DNA of 64,000 nt from an uncultured candidate division Zixibacteria bacterium (GTDB lineage: Bacteria > Zixibacteria > MSB-5A5 > GN15 > FEB-12). Positions 9,193 to 19,228 of this stretch are shown here, piece after piece (positions within the stretch are counted from its first letter, which is position 1; each line of letters opens with the position of its first letter). The notes beneath the pieces were generated by a model, which did no database searches, was not told the origin of the DNA, and saw only the letters and a list, made by a program, of their open reading frames with translations. The stretch lies in assembly GCA_963806185.1 (NCBI GenBank), contig CAWDXE010000001.1, forward strand, positions 384,001 through 448,000. The letters are read 5' to 3'. A program made the position numbers and the translations under genes.

Positions 9193-10176
9193 TTATAGAT
9201 CCGCCAGCGCCGTCGGCCCCATTAATTCGACGAACGCGCGCAACAGCGGTTCATCGTACGCCCCCTTGAGCGAGAACATGAGTTTCAGCGCCGGATACGT
9301 GTCCATAGCGTGCTGATAGACTCGCTCCGTCGTCATCGCATCGAACGAATCGGCAATGGCGACAATTTTGGAATAGACATGCATCTCATCGAGCGACAGA
9401 CCCGAGGGATATCCCCGTCGGTCTCCGCGCTCGTGGTGCTGAAGCACGGGATAATAACAACTGGTGTCAATCAGGTTGGTTTCCCCCAGGATCTCCACGC
9501 CCCATTTCGGATGCTTTTTCAGAATTTCGAATTCGATCGGCGTCAACGCCCCGCGCTTGTTCAGTATACGCTCCGAAATCTTTGCCTTGCCGACGTCGTG
9601 CAACAGCGCCCCTACGCCCAGCTCGTGCAGGAATTGTCCGTCTTTCAGGCCGCATTGGATGGCCAGGGCGATTGAAAACGTGCACACGTTGACCGAATGG
9701 GTATAGGTGTAGTAATCAAATGAGGTGATTTGCATCAGACCCTGAAAAGTGTCCCGACCGGTCAGAATGTAATTGACCGTGTTTTCCACCAGATCTTTTG
9801 ACCGCTGTATATTCTCACCATAGGTCGGGTTGGCCAGGACATCCTTCACCAGATTGGTGGAGGTGTCGTAGAGGATGCCGGCTTTCTTTACCGGCTCGAC
9901 TGACGGGTCGACCAGAATCTTGTTGAGATTCTGCTCGATATATAGCTGGTACTTTCGTTTGGACTCAGCCGTGACAAACAACTTGTCCACCCGGTTGTCC
10001 ATCAACTTCTGGCGCGTTCGATCGGTGAAGGGAAGATTGGCCGAACGATAAAGCACAAGTTCGGTGTTGATCTTGATATAGAGGTCAAAATCCAACACCG
10101 AATCCACGCGCAGTGAATCCAGGAATATCGGAATATACTTCTGGTCGGTCCTGGCCTTAATCAGTGTCGAGGACAT
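9193..10176 (-). CDS. HD-GYP domain cyclic-dinucleotide phosphodiesterase
   Basis: HSVNV, LLHDVGK, KHP, HHERGDRRGYP, IADSFDAMT. Confidence 0.9.
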   Translation of the reverse strand: MSSTLIKARTDQKYIPIFLDSLRVDSVLDFDLYIKINTELVLYRSANLPFTDRTRQKLMDNRVDKLFVTAESKRKYQLYIEQNLNKILVDPSVEPVKKAGILYDTSTNLVKDVLANPTYGENIQRSKDLVENTVNYILTGRDTFQGLMQITSFDYYTYTHSVNVCTFSIALAIQCGLKDGQFLHELGVGALLHDVGKAKISERILNKRGALTPIEFEILKKHPKWGVEILGETNLIDTSCYYPVLQHHERGDRRGYPSGLSLDEMHVYSKIVAIADSFDAMTTERVYQHAMDTYPALKLMFSLKGAYDEPLLRAFVELMGPTALADL

Positions 10177-10273
10177 AGAGCTCTCTTGTACACTCCCTGC
10201 ATGCGGACATCGGCCCAAGCTTGTGCACATCGAATCTCTTTAGGTATCGGCAGTTACAGGGTTCGACTGCAGG

Positions 10274-10304
10274 AAAAAAGAACCCCGCCGGTAACGGGCG
10301 GGGT
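10274..10304 (-). terminator. Rho-independent terminator
   Basis: ACCCCGCC...GGCGGGGT stem followed by a T-tract on the minus strand. Confidence 0.75.
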
Positions 10305-10336
10305 CAAGAGCAACCGCAAGGAGGATGGGAAGTTGG

Positions 10337-10957
10337 CTAAGCGCCAATGTTCTTCACCGACTGCAATACCGATTGAAGTCGAACCGTGATGTCGGATAGT
10401 ACTTTGGAGTAGCGCTTCAGCAACTCGGAATACTGCCAGCGCATCTGGAACGCCTGCTCCGGGAAATCGAACATTTCGAGCAGCGTAACCTTGTATATCT
10501 CGTCCATGTACTTGATGACGTAAAACGGATACTCCGTCACGTTGGGGTCATTTACCTCGCCCTTGGACAGCCGGTCACGGTATACCTCTACTTTTTCCAA
10601 CACAACTGTGCCAAAACACCAGGGCGTCATTACTACGCCCAGATTCGAACCATCCGTGTAAAACCGGCGAATCGTCCGCAGGAGCAGATCAATGATGACA
10701 GCCTTGCTTCGATAGTACGCAACGGATTCCGAACGGTTGGACGGCGTGGAGAGGATCTTGTCGCGGAGGATTTCGCGCTGTTGACTGGCACGATCATAGG
10801 TGGTGCGCAAAAATGAGTAATAATCCTCGAAATAGACTTTGCTGTTTTCTGAAAGCGACATAATGTAGTAGCCGTTCTCGTCCTTGCGCACCTTCGGTTC
10901 CTGGATACCAGCTAACCGTTCTGGTGAGAAGCCGCGTAGGAACTTGCCATCTAACAT
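10337..10957 (-). CDS. Hypothetical protein (206 aa, Tyr-rich, probably helical)
   Basis: AAGGAG RBS, own terminator, sigma54-like promoter upstream. Confidence 0.8.
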   Translation of the reverse strand: MLDGKFLRGFSPERLAGIQEPKVRKDENGYYIMSLSENSKVYFEDYYSFLRTTYDRASQQREILRDKILSTPSNRSESVAYYRSKAVIIDLLLRTIRRFYTDGSNLGVVMTPWCFGTVVLEKVEVYRDRLSKGEVNDPNVTEYPFYVIKYMDEIYKVTLLEMFDFPEQAFQMRWQYSELLKRYSKVLSDITVRLQSVLQSVKNIGA

Positions 10958-10996
10958 TGTCGTCTCCTTGCTTCAGTTTCTTCTGATACCTGATTG

Positions 10997-11138
10997 AGCA
11001 TACGCTATGCCGTTTCCGCAATATGCGCAGGCCACCGACATACTCGTCCGCACCAGTATATAGATCAAGGAGTTAGCTCGTATATAGGCGATGCACAACT
11101 CTGCTCTGGCCGCGCAGAAAAATGCACAGAACGATGCA
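10997..11138 (-). promoter_or_regulatory. Sigma54 promoter with IHF-like site and candidate upstream activator sites
   Basis: Minus strand CGGCATAGCGTATGCT (GG-N10-GC) at 10997-11012; GATCAAGGAGTTA at 11063-11075; repeated GCA-N6-TGC sites at about 11090-11138. Confidence 0.6.
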
Positions 11139-11330
11139 GGGAAGAATTGAAAACAACAATCTGCAGCGACTTGCGACCTGATCGAGACAACGCAACTGGT
11201 GACTTTTCCACCAAAACCGCCGAGAAATGGACGGCCCGACATCTTGGACATAAATATCTGCTGAGTTGCTGTCCGATAATTGGAAATAGGAAAGTGAGAA
11301 TCACCCTAAGCATACCTCTCAGGAGTTGAT

Positions 11331-11537
11331 ATGAGCGCGCGCCCCCTTAAGGCCAAACCGCGACGGTGGCAGGTAAGCAATAAGACAGAGAAGATGGGTC
11401 ACCGCAAGGAAGTGGAAATCGATTCTGCCGTAGAACACAAACAGAAGCGCGGTCGACGCCAGGCTTGGAGGGAAACCCGCGATCTGATCAGGCAGTTACC
11501 CATCGCCGATCTGATTGAAAACGATCTCGAACCGTAA
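11331..11537 (+). CDS. Small basic hypothetical protein
   Basis: AGGAG RBS before ATG 11331 (alternative start 11394); followed by a strong terminator. Confidence 0.55.
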   Translation: MSARPLKAKPRRWQVSNKTEKMGHRKEVEIDSAVEHKQKRGRRQAWRETRDLIRQLPIADLIENDLEP

Positions 11538-11569
11538 TAGTGCCGGAAAACCAGTTGACCACTTCGTCG

Positions 11570-11602
11570 GGCGCCTCCAGCTGGAGGCGCTTTTTTTCTT
11601 TT
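11570..11602 (+). terminator. Rho-independent terminator
   Basis: GCGCCTCCAG-CTGGAGGCGC palindrome followed by TTTTTTTCTTTT. Confidence 0.85.
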
Positions 11603-11674
11603 GACAGAACCGATCCCTTCTGCGTTAATGAACTGGGAACTGTTCACACATTGCACAGCACAATCGGGTGACCT

Positions 11675-13252
11675 ATGGCACATTCATACAGATCATGTCT
11701 TCTCGCCGTACTTTCTTTGACTCTGCTGGCCGGTCTGGTCGGCTGTAACAGTGATGATGGCGGCGTCGCCCCCGGACCAATTCTCAATCTCTCCACTGCC
11801 AGTCTCGCCTTCACGGGTGTTGCCGGCGGCGCCAACCCACCTTCCCAACGCGTTACCGTTACGAATGGCGGCACCGGGGACATGACCTTTACCGCGACCA
11901 AGACCGCCGCCTGGATCAGCCTCGTGCCGAATACCTCAAATACCATATACGTCGAAGTGTATACGACCGATCTCGACGCGGGCGAATACAACGACACTAT
12001 CATTGTCAGTTCCCCGCAAGCATCCAATTCGCCCAGGCGAGTGGCGGTCAAACTGACCATCGCCCATGGTTTGGCGGTCAACCCGGGTAGTTTCCGATTC
12101 ACGGCCTTGCGAAACGGCGACAATCCGCCCGTCAAAAAACTGGCTATTATTAACAATGGCGGAGGGGGGATCGACTACACCATTACCGGCACCGGCTCCT
12201 GGATCACGCTTTCCAAAGTAGCAGGTGTGGCCACCGATACAGTCGAAGTTGGTGCGGCTTCCTCGACGCTCGCCAGTGGTGTTTATTCAGGACGGCTTAC
12301 CGTCGCCTCGCCACAGACGGCCAATCAGGTTATCGTCACCTGCTCGCTCATGGTCAGTTCATGGGATCGCCAGGAGTTGGGCCTTTACTTCGATTTGCGC
12401 GATGTTGATTTTGTCGATGCTGCCCACGGTTGGCTCACCGGGTTTATCGGCAACAATCCCGGACACGTCGGCGTGATTATGGCCACGAGCGACAGCAGTC
12501 GCACATGGCAGCAGGTCCATTTGGAAAATAATACCAATATGGGCGGAATATCCATGATCGATGAAAACAAGGGCTGGGCGGTGGGCGACAGCGCTGTACT
12601 GCTCAAGACCATTAATGGCGTCGATTGGACTCGCGTCACAGACCTCCCGGTCGCCGACTCCATCAATCTCTGGCACGTGCTCTTCGTTTCCGCGAACAGG
12701 GGCTGGATCATCGGCACCAATGGCACCATTCTTCATACGAACGATGGCGGCACGTCCTGGCTTCCCCAGAATAGTTCAGTCGACGTATCTCTGGCCGGCG
12801 TTTACTTTGTCGATGAAAACGAAGGTTGGATCGTGGGAAACAACGGCAGAATCCTTCACACAACGCTGGCCGGACATGATTGGACTTTGCAGGCAAGCGG
12901 CACTATCAGCGATCTCTGGGGCATCTACTTCGCCGACAGCCAGAACGGTTGGGTAGTCGGCCGGGACGGAATCCTCTTGCACACTACCAATGGCGGCCAA
13001 AACTGGTTGAGTTCATTTCCCGGACCCACGGTCCAGTTTCAACAGATCACCTTTGCCGACGATGCGCTGCATGGGTGGATAGTCGGCCAGACCGGCACAA
13101 TTATGTATACTGCTGATGGCGGAGCGACATGGAATCAGCAATTGACTGGCGTGACTAACTGGCTGTTTGACGTCCACTTTTTTGACACCAATAGAGGTCT
13201 TGTCGTCGGCCAGGAAGGTCTGGTCCTCAAGACGCTTGGCGGCGGATTCTAG
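11675..13252 (+). CDS. Lipoprotein with BACON/Ig-like domains and a Ycf48/BNR-repeat beta-propeller
   Basis: Lipobox LVGC; two Ig-like repeats (WISL, WITLS); repeated F.D...GW.VG..G.ILHT.DGG..W units. Confidence 0.85.
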   Translation: MAHSYRSCLLAVLSLTLLAGLVGCNSDDGGVAPGPILNLSTASLAFTGVAGGANPPSQRVTVTNGGTGDMTFTATKTAAWISLVPNTSNTIYVEVYTTDLDAGEYNDTIIVSSPQASNSPRRVAVKLTIAHGLAVNPGSFRFTALRNGDNPPVKKLAIINNGGGGIDYTITGTGSWITLSKVAGVATDTVEVGAASSTLASGVYSGRLTVASPQTANQVIVTCSLMVSSWDRQELGLYFDLRDVDFVDAAHGWLTGFIGNNPGHVGVIMATSDSSRTWQQVHLENNTNMGGISMIDENKGWAVGDSAVLLKTINGVDWTRVTDLPVADSINLWHVLFVSANRGWIIGTNGTILHTNDGGTSWLPQNSSVDVSLAGVYFVDENEGWIVGNNGRILHTTLAGHDWTLQASGTISDLWGIYFADSQNGWVVGRDGILLHTTNGGQNWLSSFPGPTVQFQQITFADDALHGWIVGQTGTIMYTADGGATWNQQLTGVTNWLFDVHFFDTNRGLVVGQEGLVLKTLGGGF

Positions 13253-13471
13253 TCTCACCGGTCTCGATTTTCGCCCTGTCGCAAATCGTCTTCTCCAACG
13301 GCCGATACCGGGTGGAATTCCGGCCGGAACCCCGGGCAACATCTTGCCCCGCACATCGTATAGTGGTAAGTTTGCATACGTGACAAAACGATCCGGATGG
13401 AACATACATGCTGCCGCCGGCATGCCTAATCACTGGCCGGCAAGGATGACAGAAAGGAAACGAACAAGAGT

Positions 13472-14773
13472 ATGCGTCAGGTATTAACTGCCACCGCCGC
13501 GGCCTTGCTTCTGGCGATCTCCGCCATGGCCGGCGCCGCTCACGACTGGCAGATCACTCAACTGGACAACGGCCTGAAAGTGATGATCCTGGAAAATCAC
13601 CAGGTCCCGCAGGTCAACATCTCAACGACCGTGAAAGTGGGCGCCAAGAATGAGTCCGATTTTTTCGACGGCGCCACCCATTTGCTCGAACACCTCATTC
13701 TCTTTCGGGGGACTGAGGAAATGAACGGCGATGAATTGGCGGCGGCCATGAAACAGCATGGCGCGTATTTTAACGGCTACACTTCTTCCGACTGGACCGA
13801 TTTTGTCATCACGCTGCCGAAAGAACACGAGGAATTCGCTTTTAAGATTCATGCCGATATGCTCTTCCGCTCCGCCTTCTCAGCCGAACAAATGGACAAA
13901 GAGCGCCAGGCGGTCAATGAAGAAATCAACATCTCCGAGGATAACCCGTTCGGCAAGGCCTACCGAACGTCCGTCGTCAAGGTCTACGGCAAACACCCAT
14001 ACGCAAAAAACGTCCTCGGCACGAAGGAAAATGTCAACAGTGTCCCCAGAGACTCGGTGTATGCTTATTACAAACGGTATTACGCCCCCAATAACATGAC
14101 CATGGTCGTCGTGGGTGATATCGACGCCCGCCAGACCCTTGAGCTGGTGAAGAAATATTTCGCTGCCGTCCCGCGCGGTGAGACGGCTGCCGATCGCTAC
14201 GCCGATCCGCCCAAACGGGACTCCGTGGAAACGATCAATATTCCGAAAGACGTCAATCAGGGATACCTGATGATGATGTCGATCGGCCCCAAATCCGACA
14301 GCCCCGATCAGTTTGCCCTCGACCTGATGGCCACCGTGCTCGGCAACGGCGAATCAAGCCGCCTTTCGAAGAAGTTGCTCGACGAACAGCGACTCGTCTA
14401 CTCTGTCGATTTCTCGTTCAACACGTCCAAATACGAAGGCACGCTATACGCTACGGCAACACTTGATCCGGCCAAAATGTCCGACGTGGAAACAGCTATC
14501 AATGCTGTAATCGCCGACGCTAAAAAGAACGGTTTTACCGAACAGGAACTGCGCAAGGCGAAAAACAAAATCAAGACCGCTCACTTCGCATCAATCGAAC
14601 GCGGCCTCGATCTCGCCGATAAATACGCCCAGTACGACTCCTTCATCGGCTGGCAGTTCGTCGAGACCTATCCGGACAACGTGGAGAAGGTCACGCTGGC
14701 GCAGTTGAATGACGTCGCAAAGCGTTACTTGAACACCGACTCGTATGTCAAGACTATGGTGGTGCCGAAATGA
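13472..14773 (+). CDS. M16 (insulinase) zinc peptidase, catalytic subunit
   Basis: Signal peptide, LDNGLKV, HLLEH, YYAPNNM, SSRL. Confidence 0.92.
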   Translation: MRQVLTATAAALLLAISAMAGAAHDWQITQLDNGLKVMILENHQVPQVNISTTVKVGAKNESDFFDGATHLLEHLILFRGTEEMNGDELAAAMKQHGAYFNGYTSSDWTDFVITLPKEHEEFAFKIHADMLFRSAFSAEQMDKERQAVNEEINISEDNPFGKAYRTSVVKVYGKHPYAKNVLGTKENVNSVPRDSVYAYYKRYYAPNNMTMVVVGDIDARQTLELVKKYFAAVPRGETAADRYADPPKRDSVETINIPKDVNQGYLMMMSIGPKSDSPDQFALDLMATVLGNGESSRLSKKLLDEQRLVYSVDFSFNTSKYEGTLYATATLDPAKMSDVETAINAVIADAKKNGFTEQELRKAKNKIKTAHFASIERGLDLADKYAQYDSFIGWQFVETYPDNVEKVTLAQLNDVAKRYLNTDSYVKTMVVPK

Positions 14774-16092
14774 GAAAATTCAATGTGTATACGGCCATGA
14801 TCTTCGTCGTCGCCTTGCTGACCGTGCTGACGGTTGGTCTGTCGGCCAAGTCGGTCACGATCGGTCCCGATGGGTACGGAACAACCGTTCTCCCTAATGG
14901 CGCGAAGATTATCGTCAATGTCGACAAGAGCACCTCGCTTTCTGCTGGTCGCATCCTTTTTGGCGGCGGCGCGCTGACCGAGAATGCGGACAACAACGGC
15001 ATCAGCAACCTCACCATCAACATGCTGTTGAAAGGGAATGGCCGCCTCAACGCAGCCGAGATCACTGAACAACTCGACTTCCTCGGCGCCACCGTTTCGG
15101 CCGACTGTTTCCGCGACTATTCGGCCATCTCGTTCGTCTGCCTCACGGAGAATCTCGAGAAGGTATTGGGGATCATATCCGACTGCCTCACTTCCCCGAC
15201 TTTTCCTGAAGATGAATTGGTCAAGCTGAAGGGGCAGGTCGAGGGTGAAATCAAAGCCACCAACGACAATCAATCGGCTGCCTCCAACATGCTCTTCTGG
15301 AAGACGATCTACGGACCAAGCGGCTACGGCCTTCCGGTGCTTGGCACGCAGGAATCGATGTCGCGGGCCGCAGTCGACGGTATTCGCGCCCATTACAAAA
15401 ATTACCTGGGCGGAAGGAACATGATCGTCGCCGTCGCGACTGATATGGATGGCGACAAACTCTCGACGTTGCTCGAGAAGACACTCGGACCTATCAAGAG
15501 CGATGCCGCCGAAGTGGCCCCGCCGATGGTCGGTCGGCAGACCGACCGCAACGGTTTCATCTCCTATGACCGCAACCAATCATACGTCTACATGGGGTAC
15601 GTACTCGACAAACTGGCCCCTATGGAAATGACGTATCTTGGTTTGACCAACCAGGTCATGGGCGGGCCGGTCGGCTCGCGGCTGTGGGGTCTCCGCCAGA
15701 CGGAAAAGCTGGCCTACGACGTCGGTACGCAAGTCCTTCCGAATAGATTCGTGACTGTCTTTCGCGCCCGTATCGGCACTGACACCACCAAGGTCCGGCA
15801 AGCCCTCACCTCGCTCAACAGGGAGTGGAGTCGCTTGAAGACTGACGGTGTGACCGAACAGGAATTCTCCGACGCGAGGATGAACTACAAGAACAGCCTC
15901 ATGTTCGGCATCGATATCAAAACCAATCGCGCGAACAACATGGCCACCTTTGAATATTTGGGGTACGGTTACCGCTATTACCTCGATCAACTCGCGAATA
16001 TCAACACTGCTTCGCTCGCGGAGGTCAATGACTTCGTGAAAGCTAAACTGCAGGATGATCGCCGCTATCAGTCTATTGTCGGAAAACAATAG
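14770..16092 (+). CDS. M16 peptidase partner subunit (non-catalytic)
   Basis: M16 fold with HxxEH replaced by NLTIN; SRLW.LR..EKLAY motif; ATGA coupling with the upstream gene. Confidence 0.88.
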   Translation: MRKFNVYTAMIFVVALLTVLTVGLSAKSVTIGPDGYGTTVLPNGAKIIVNVDKSTSLSAGRILFGGGALTENADNNGISNLTINMLLKGNGRLNAAEITEQLDFLGATVSADCFRDYSAISFVCLTENLEKVLGIISDCLTSPTFPEDELVKLKGQVEGEIKATNDNQSAASNMLFWKTIYGPSGYGLPVLGTQESMSRAAVDGIRAHYKNYLGGRNMIVAVATDMDGDKLSTLLEKTLGPIKSDAAEVAPPMVGRQTDRNGFISYDRNQSYVYMGYVLDKLAPMEMTYLGLTNQVMGGPVGSRLWGLRQTEKLAYDVGTQVLPNRFVTVFRARIGTDTTKVRQALTSLNREWSRLKTDGVTEQEFSDARMNYKNSLMFGIDIKTNRANNMATFEYLGYGYRYYLDQLANINTASLAEVNDFVKAKLQDDRRYQSIVGKQ

Positions 16093-16118
16093 CGGGATTA
16101 TTTCAGGGAAGGTAAGAG

Positions 16119-16150
16119 GAGCCGCCGGACAGATCGTTCGGCGGCTTTTC
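16119..16150. terminator. Terminator between convergent genes
   Basis: AGCCGCCGGAC...GTTCGGCGGCT-TTT. Confidence 0.7.
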
Positions 16151-16159
16151 GCTATCGGT

Positions 16160-18363
16160 CTAGCCCACCAGCTTCAGTTTGGCGTACTTCGCCATGATCT
16201 TCTTTACGCCCAGTCCGGTGAACATGATTTCAAGACGCAAGTTCTCGCCGTAACCGTCGATCGAGAGGATCTTTCCTCTCCCAAAAGTCGGGTGTGCCAC
16301 GATCCGCCCGATCCGGAAGCCTGTCTCTTCCTCGACGTCGTAATAGACGCCCGACTGCGCCGGAGCCGGCTGCGGCTTGTACCCGCCACCGTTGCGCGCC
16401 GATGAGGGTTGGCGCTCCACGCCCGAATAATCGTAATTGCGTCCGGTGCGATAGTCGCGCACCTGGAGCAGTTCCTGCGGAATTTCGCGTATGAACCGAG
16501 ACGGTATCGATTCCACCTGCCCGAACTGATGCCGGCTGGCGCGCGTGGACAAGACCAGCCGCTTCTCTGCGCGCGTTGCCCCTACATAGAAGAGCCGCCG
16601 CTCTTCCTCAAGCTCCTGCTTCTCGGTCACCGTTCTCTGCAATGGGAAGAGCCCCTCTTCGAGTCCCACCAAATACACCGTCTTATACTCCAGCCCCTTA
16701 GCCGCATGAATCGTCATCATCGTGACCTTGTCGTCGGTTTCTTTCGCCCGTTCGACGTCCGTGAACAGTGAGATTTCCGATAGGTATTCAGCGAGGTGGG
16801 CATCCTGATGCGCCCGGGCGAAATCGGCGGCGCCCTCGACAAAAGCTTCGACGTTTTCCACTTTGGTCTGGCCGACAATCGGGTCCTCTTCCAGTAGCGC
16901 CGGGAGCATCTTGATTTCGGCAATCAGGTTGGCAATCAGAAGATCGGCCGACTGCGTGTCGGCGCGCTGACGAAAATTTTCGATCAGTTCGACAAACGGC
17001 TCAATCCGCTTTGCCTTTCCTGCCAGTTCCGGATACTGCCCTGCCTGCTGTGCCACCGTATAGCCTGAGATTCGCTCCCGCTTGGCGATCTCAAAAATAT
17101 CATCGATAGTCTTTTCGCCGAGTCCCCGCTTGGGGTAGTTGATCACTCGCCGAAAGAAATATCATCGCTCGGATTGATGAGCAGCTTCAGGTAGGCCATC
17201 AAATCCTTGATTTCCTTGCGCTGATAAAACAAGATGCCGCCCACGATCTGGTAGGCGATGCTCCGGCGGCGCAGCGCTTCTTCAAAAGCGCGCGACTGAG
17301 CGTTGGTACGATACAGAATCACCTGTTCGCTCAATCGATCCCCACCACCCACCGCGATACGGTCAACAATCCGAGCCGCTTCCTCGTCGGCATTGTCAGT
17401 CATCAACAGCTCGATCGGATCGCCGCCGTCGATATCCGTCCAGAGTGTCTTCCCTTTGCGCATCGCGTTATTGGCGATCACACTCGACGCCGCCTGAAGG
17501 ATGACTTTGGTCGAACGGTAATTCTGCTCCAGCTTGATAATCCGCGCGCTGGGAAAGTCCTTTTCGAAATCGAGAATATTACGGATATCCGCGCCGCGCC
17601 ACCCGTAAATCGACTGATCCTCGTCCCCTACGACGCAGATGTTGTGATGATCGTCGAGCAACGCCTTCAGCAGGAGGTACTGCGCATGGTTGGTGTCCTG
17701 ATACTCGTCGACCAGCAGATATTTGAATCGCTTGCGGTACCGTTCGCCGATCTGCGGTTCCATCGTGAGAAGCCGCACCGCGTTGTACAGCAGGTCGTTG
17801 AAATCCATCGCATTGCATTCGAGCAGTCGCCGCTGATACAGCGTGTAGAGCTGGGCCGTACGACTGTCGAAATACCCCGAGGCCTGCGCCGCGAATTGCT
17901 CCGGCGAAGTCATCTTGTCTTTCAACTGCGAGATTTTGCGAAGCTGCCCCTTGGCGGGGAATTGGCTGTCGGAAATATTCAGATCCTTGAGGCAGTTCTT
18001 CATCAAACGCTGGGAATCGTCATCGTCGAAAATCGTGAAATTGCTGGTATATCCAAGCGCTGCCGCCTCGCGACGCAGAAGCCGGGCACAGAACGAATGG
18101 AAGGTCGATACCTGCAAGTCGGCGATAGTTGTGCCGAGCAGTTGCCAGACCCGATCTTTCATTTCGCCGGCCGCTTTATTGGTGAAGGTAACCGCCAGCA
18201 TCTGATGCGGTTCGGCTTTGCGTTCGGTGAGGATATAGGCCAGCCGACGGGTGAGCACGCGGGTTTTCCCGGAGCCGGCGCCGGCAATAATGAGCAACGG
18301 ACCGTCGGTCTGACTGACCGCCTCGCGCTGCTCCGGATTGAGATCGTCAAGCAATCGGTTCAT
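16160..18363 (-). pseudogene. pcrA: ATP-dependent DNA helicase PcrA/UvrD split by a 1-nt frameshift (may be a sequencing error)
   Basis: AGAGSGKT, DEYQDTN, LEQNYRST in 17143-18363; TIHAAKGLE, EEERRLFYV and C-terminal HPTFG.G domain in 16160-17146. Inserting one base near 17152 restores NPSDDISFRRVINYPKRG. Confidence 0.88.
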
Positions 18364-18424
18364 GGTGAGGGGAATATAGGAGTGCAAATCGTCAGCGCAA
18401 TCGCGTTCGCACGTTACCGGCAAC

Positions 18425-19228
18425 TTACGCGCACAATTCCCCCCGTATCACCGTCACCGCCTGGCCGCCCAGCAGAATCCTGTCCCCGCGCACCCCCACT
18501 TTTACCACGCCGCCGCGTGCCGACGCCTGATAAGCCAGCAAATCGTCCTTCTCCAGTTTCGCCTTCCAGTACGGACCCAGCGTACAGTGCGCCGACCCGG
18601 TCACCGGGTCCTCGTTCACCCCCGCCCCCGGCGCGAAAAAGCGGGAGACAAAATCATACGTCTGTTCGCCGCGCGTGGTCACAATCACCCCTCGCACTGG
18701 CAACTTGCGCAACTGTCCGAAATCCGGGTCCAGACCGCGCACAATCGCCTCCGAACCAACCTCCACAAAATAGTCGTACGTGCTCTTCCCCACATACAAC
18801 GAATCGCTCAGCCCCAACGCCTCAAGCGCTCCCGTCGGAAGTTCCGCCGGGCTCACCGGACGCGCCGGGAAATCGAGTTCAATCCACGAGCCCTGTTTGC
18901 GGGCAGTCAGCACACCGCTCTTGGTATGGTAGTGAATAGTCGCGTCGCCCGGGACCCGCCCCTCCTCCCAGAGCAGGTGCGATGCTCCCAGGGTCGCATG
19001 CCCGCACAGGGCGACCTCCACCGCCGGGGTAAACCAGCGCAAATTGAACCCGTCGTCGGCCGGGTAGAGAAAGGCTGACTCCGCCAGATTCATTTCCCGT
19101 GCCACTCCCCTCATCCAATCCTCGCTTGCCGGTCCCGTCATCACGCATACGCCCGCCGGGTTTCCGAAAAACGGTTTGTCGGTGAACGCATCGACCTGGG
19201 CTATCGGTTGTTTCATACGTACACTCAC
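18425..19228 (-). CDS. PhzF family isomerase/epimerase
   Basis: VDAFT..PF.GNPA, EMNLAES, LCGHATL, EDPVTGSAH. Confidence 0.92.
   Translation of the reverse strand: MSVRMKQPIAQVDAFTDKPFFGNPAGVCVMTGPASEDWMRGVAREMNLAESAFLYPADDGFNLRWFTPAVEVALCGHATLGASHLLWEEGRVPGDATIHYHTKSGVLTARKQGSWIELDFPARPVSPAELPTGALEALGLSDSLYVGKSTYDYFVEVGSEAIVRGLDPDFGQLRKLPVRGVIVTTRGEQTYDFVSRFFAPGAGVNEDPVTGSAHCTLGPYWKAKLEKDDLLAYQASARGGVVKVGVRGDRILLGGQAVTVIRGELCA

Noticed and set aside
17644..18939. 431-aa plus-strand ORF and other long antisense ORFs (e.g. 14725-15579, 40875-41744, 41917-42771, 51600-52394, 53956-54753)
   Set aside because: Shadow frames opposite well-supported genes, expected in GC-rich DNA; no motifs.
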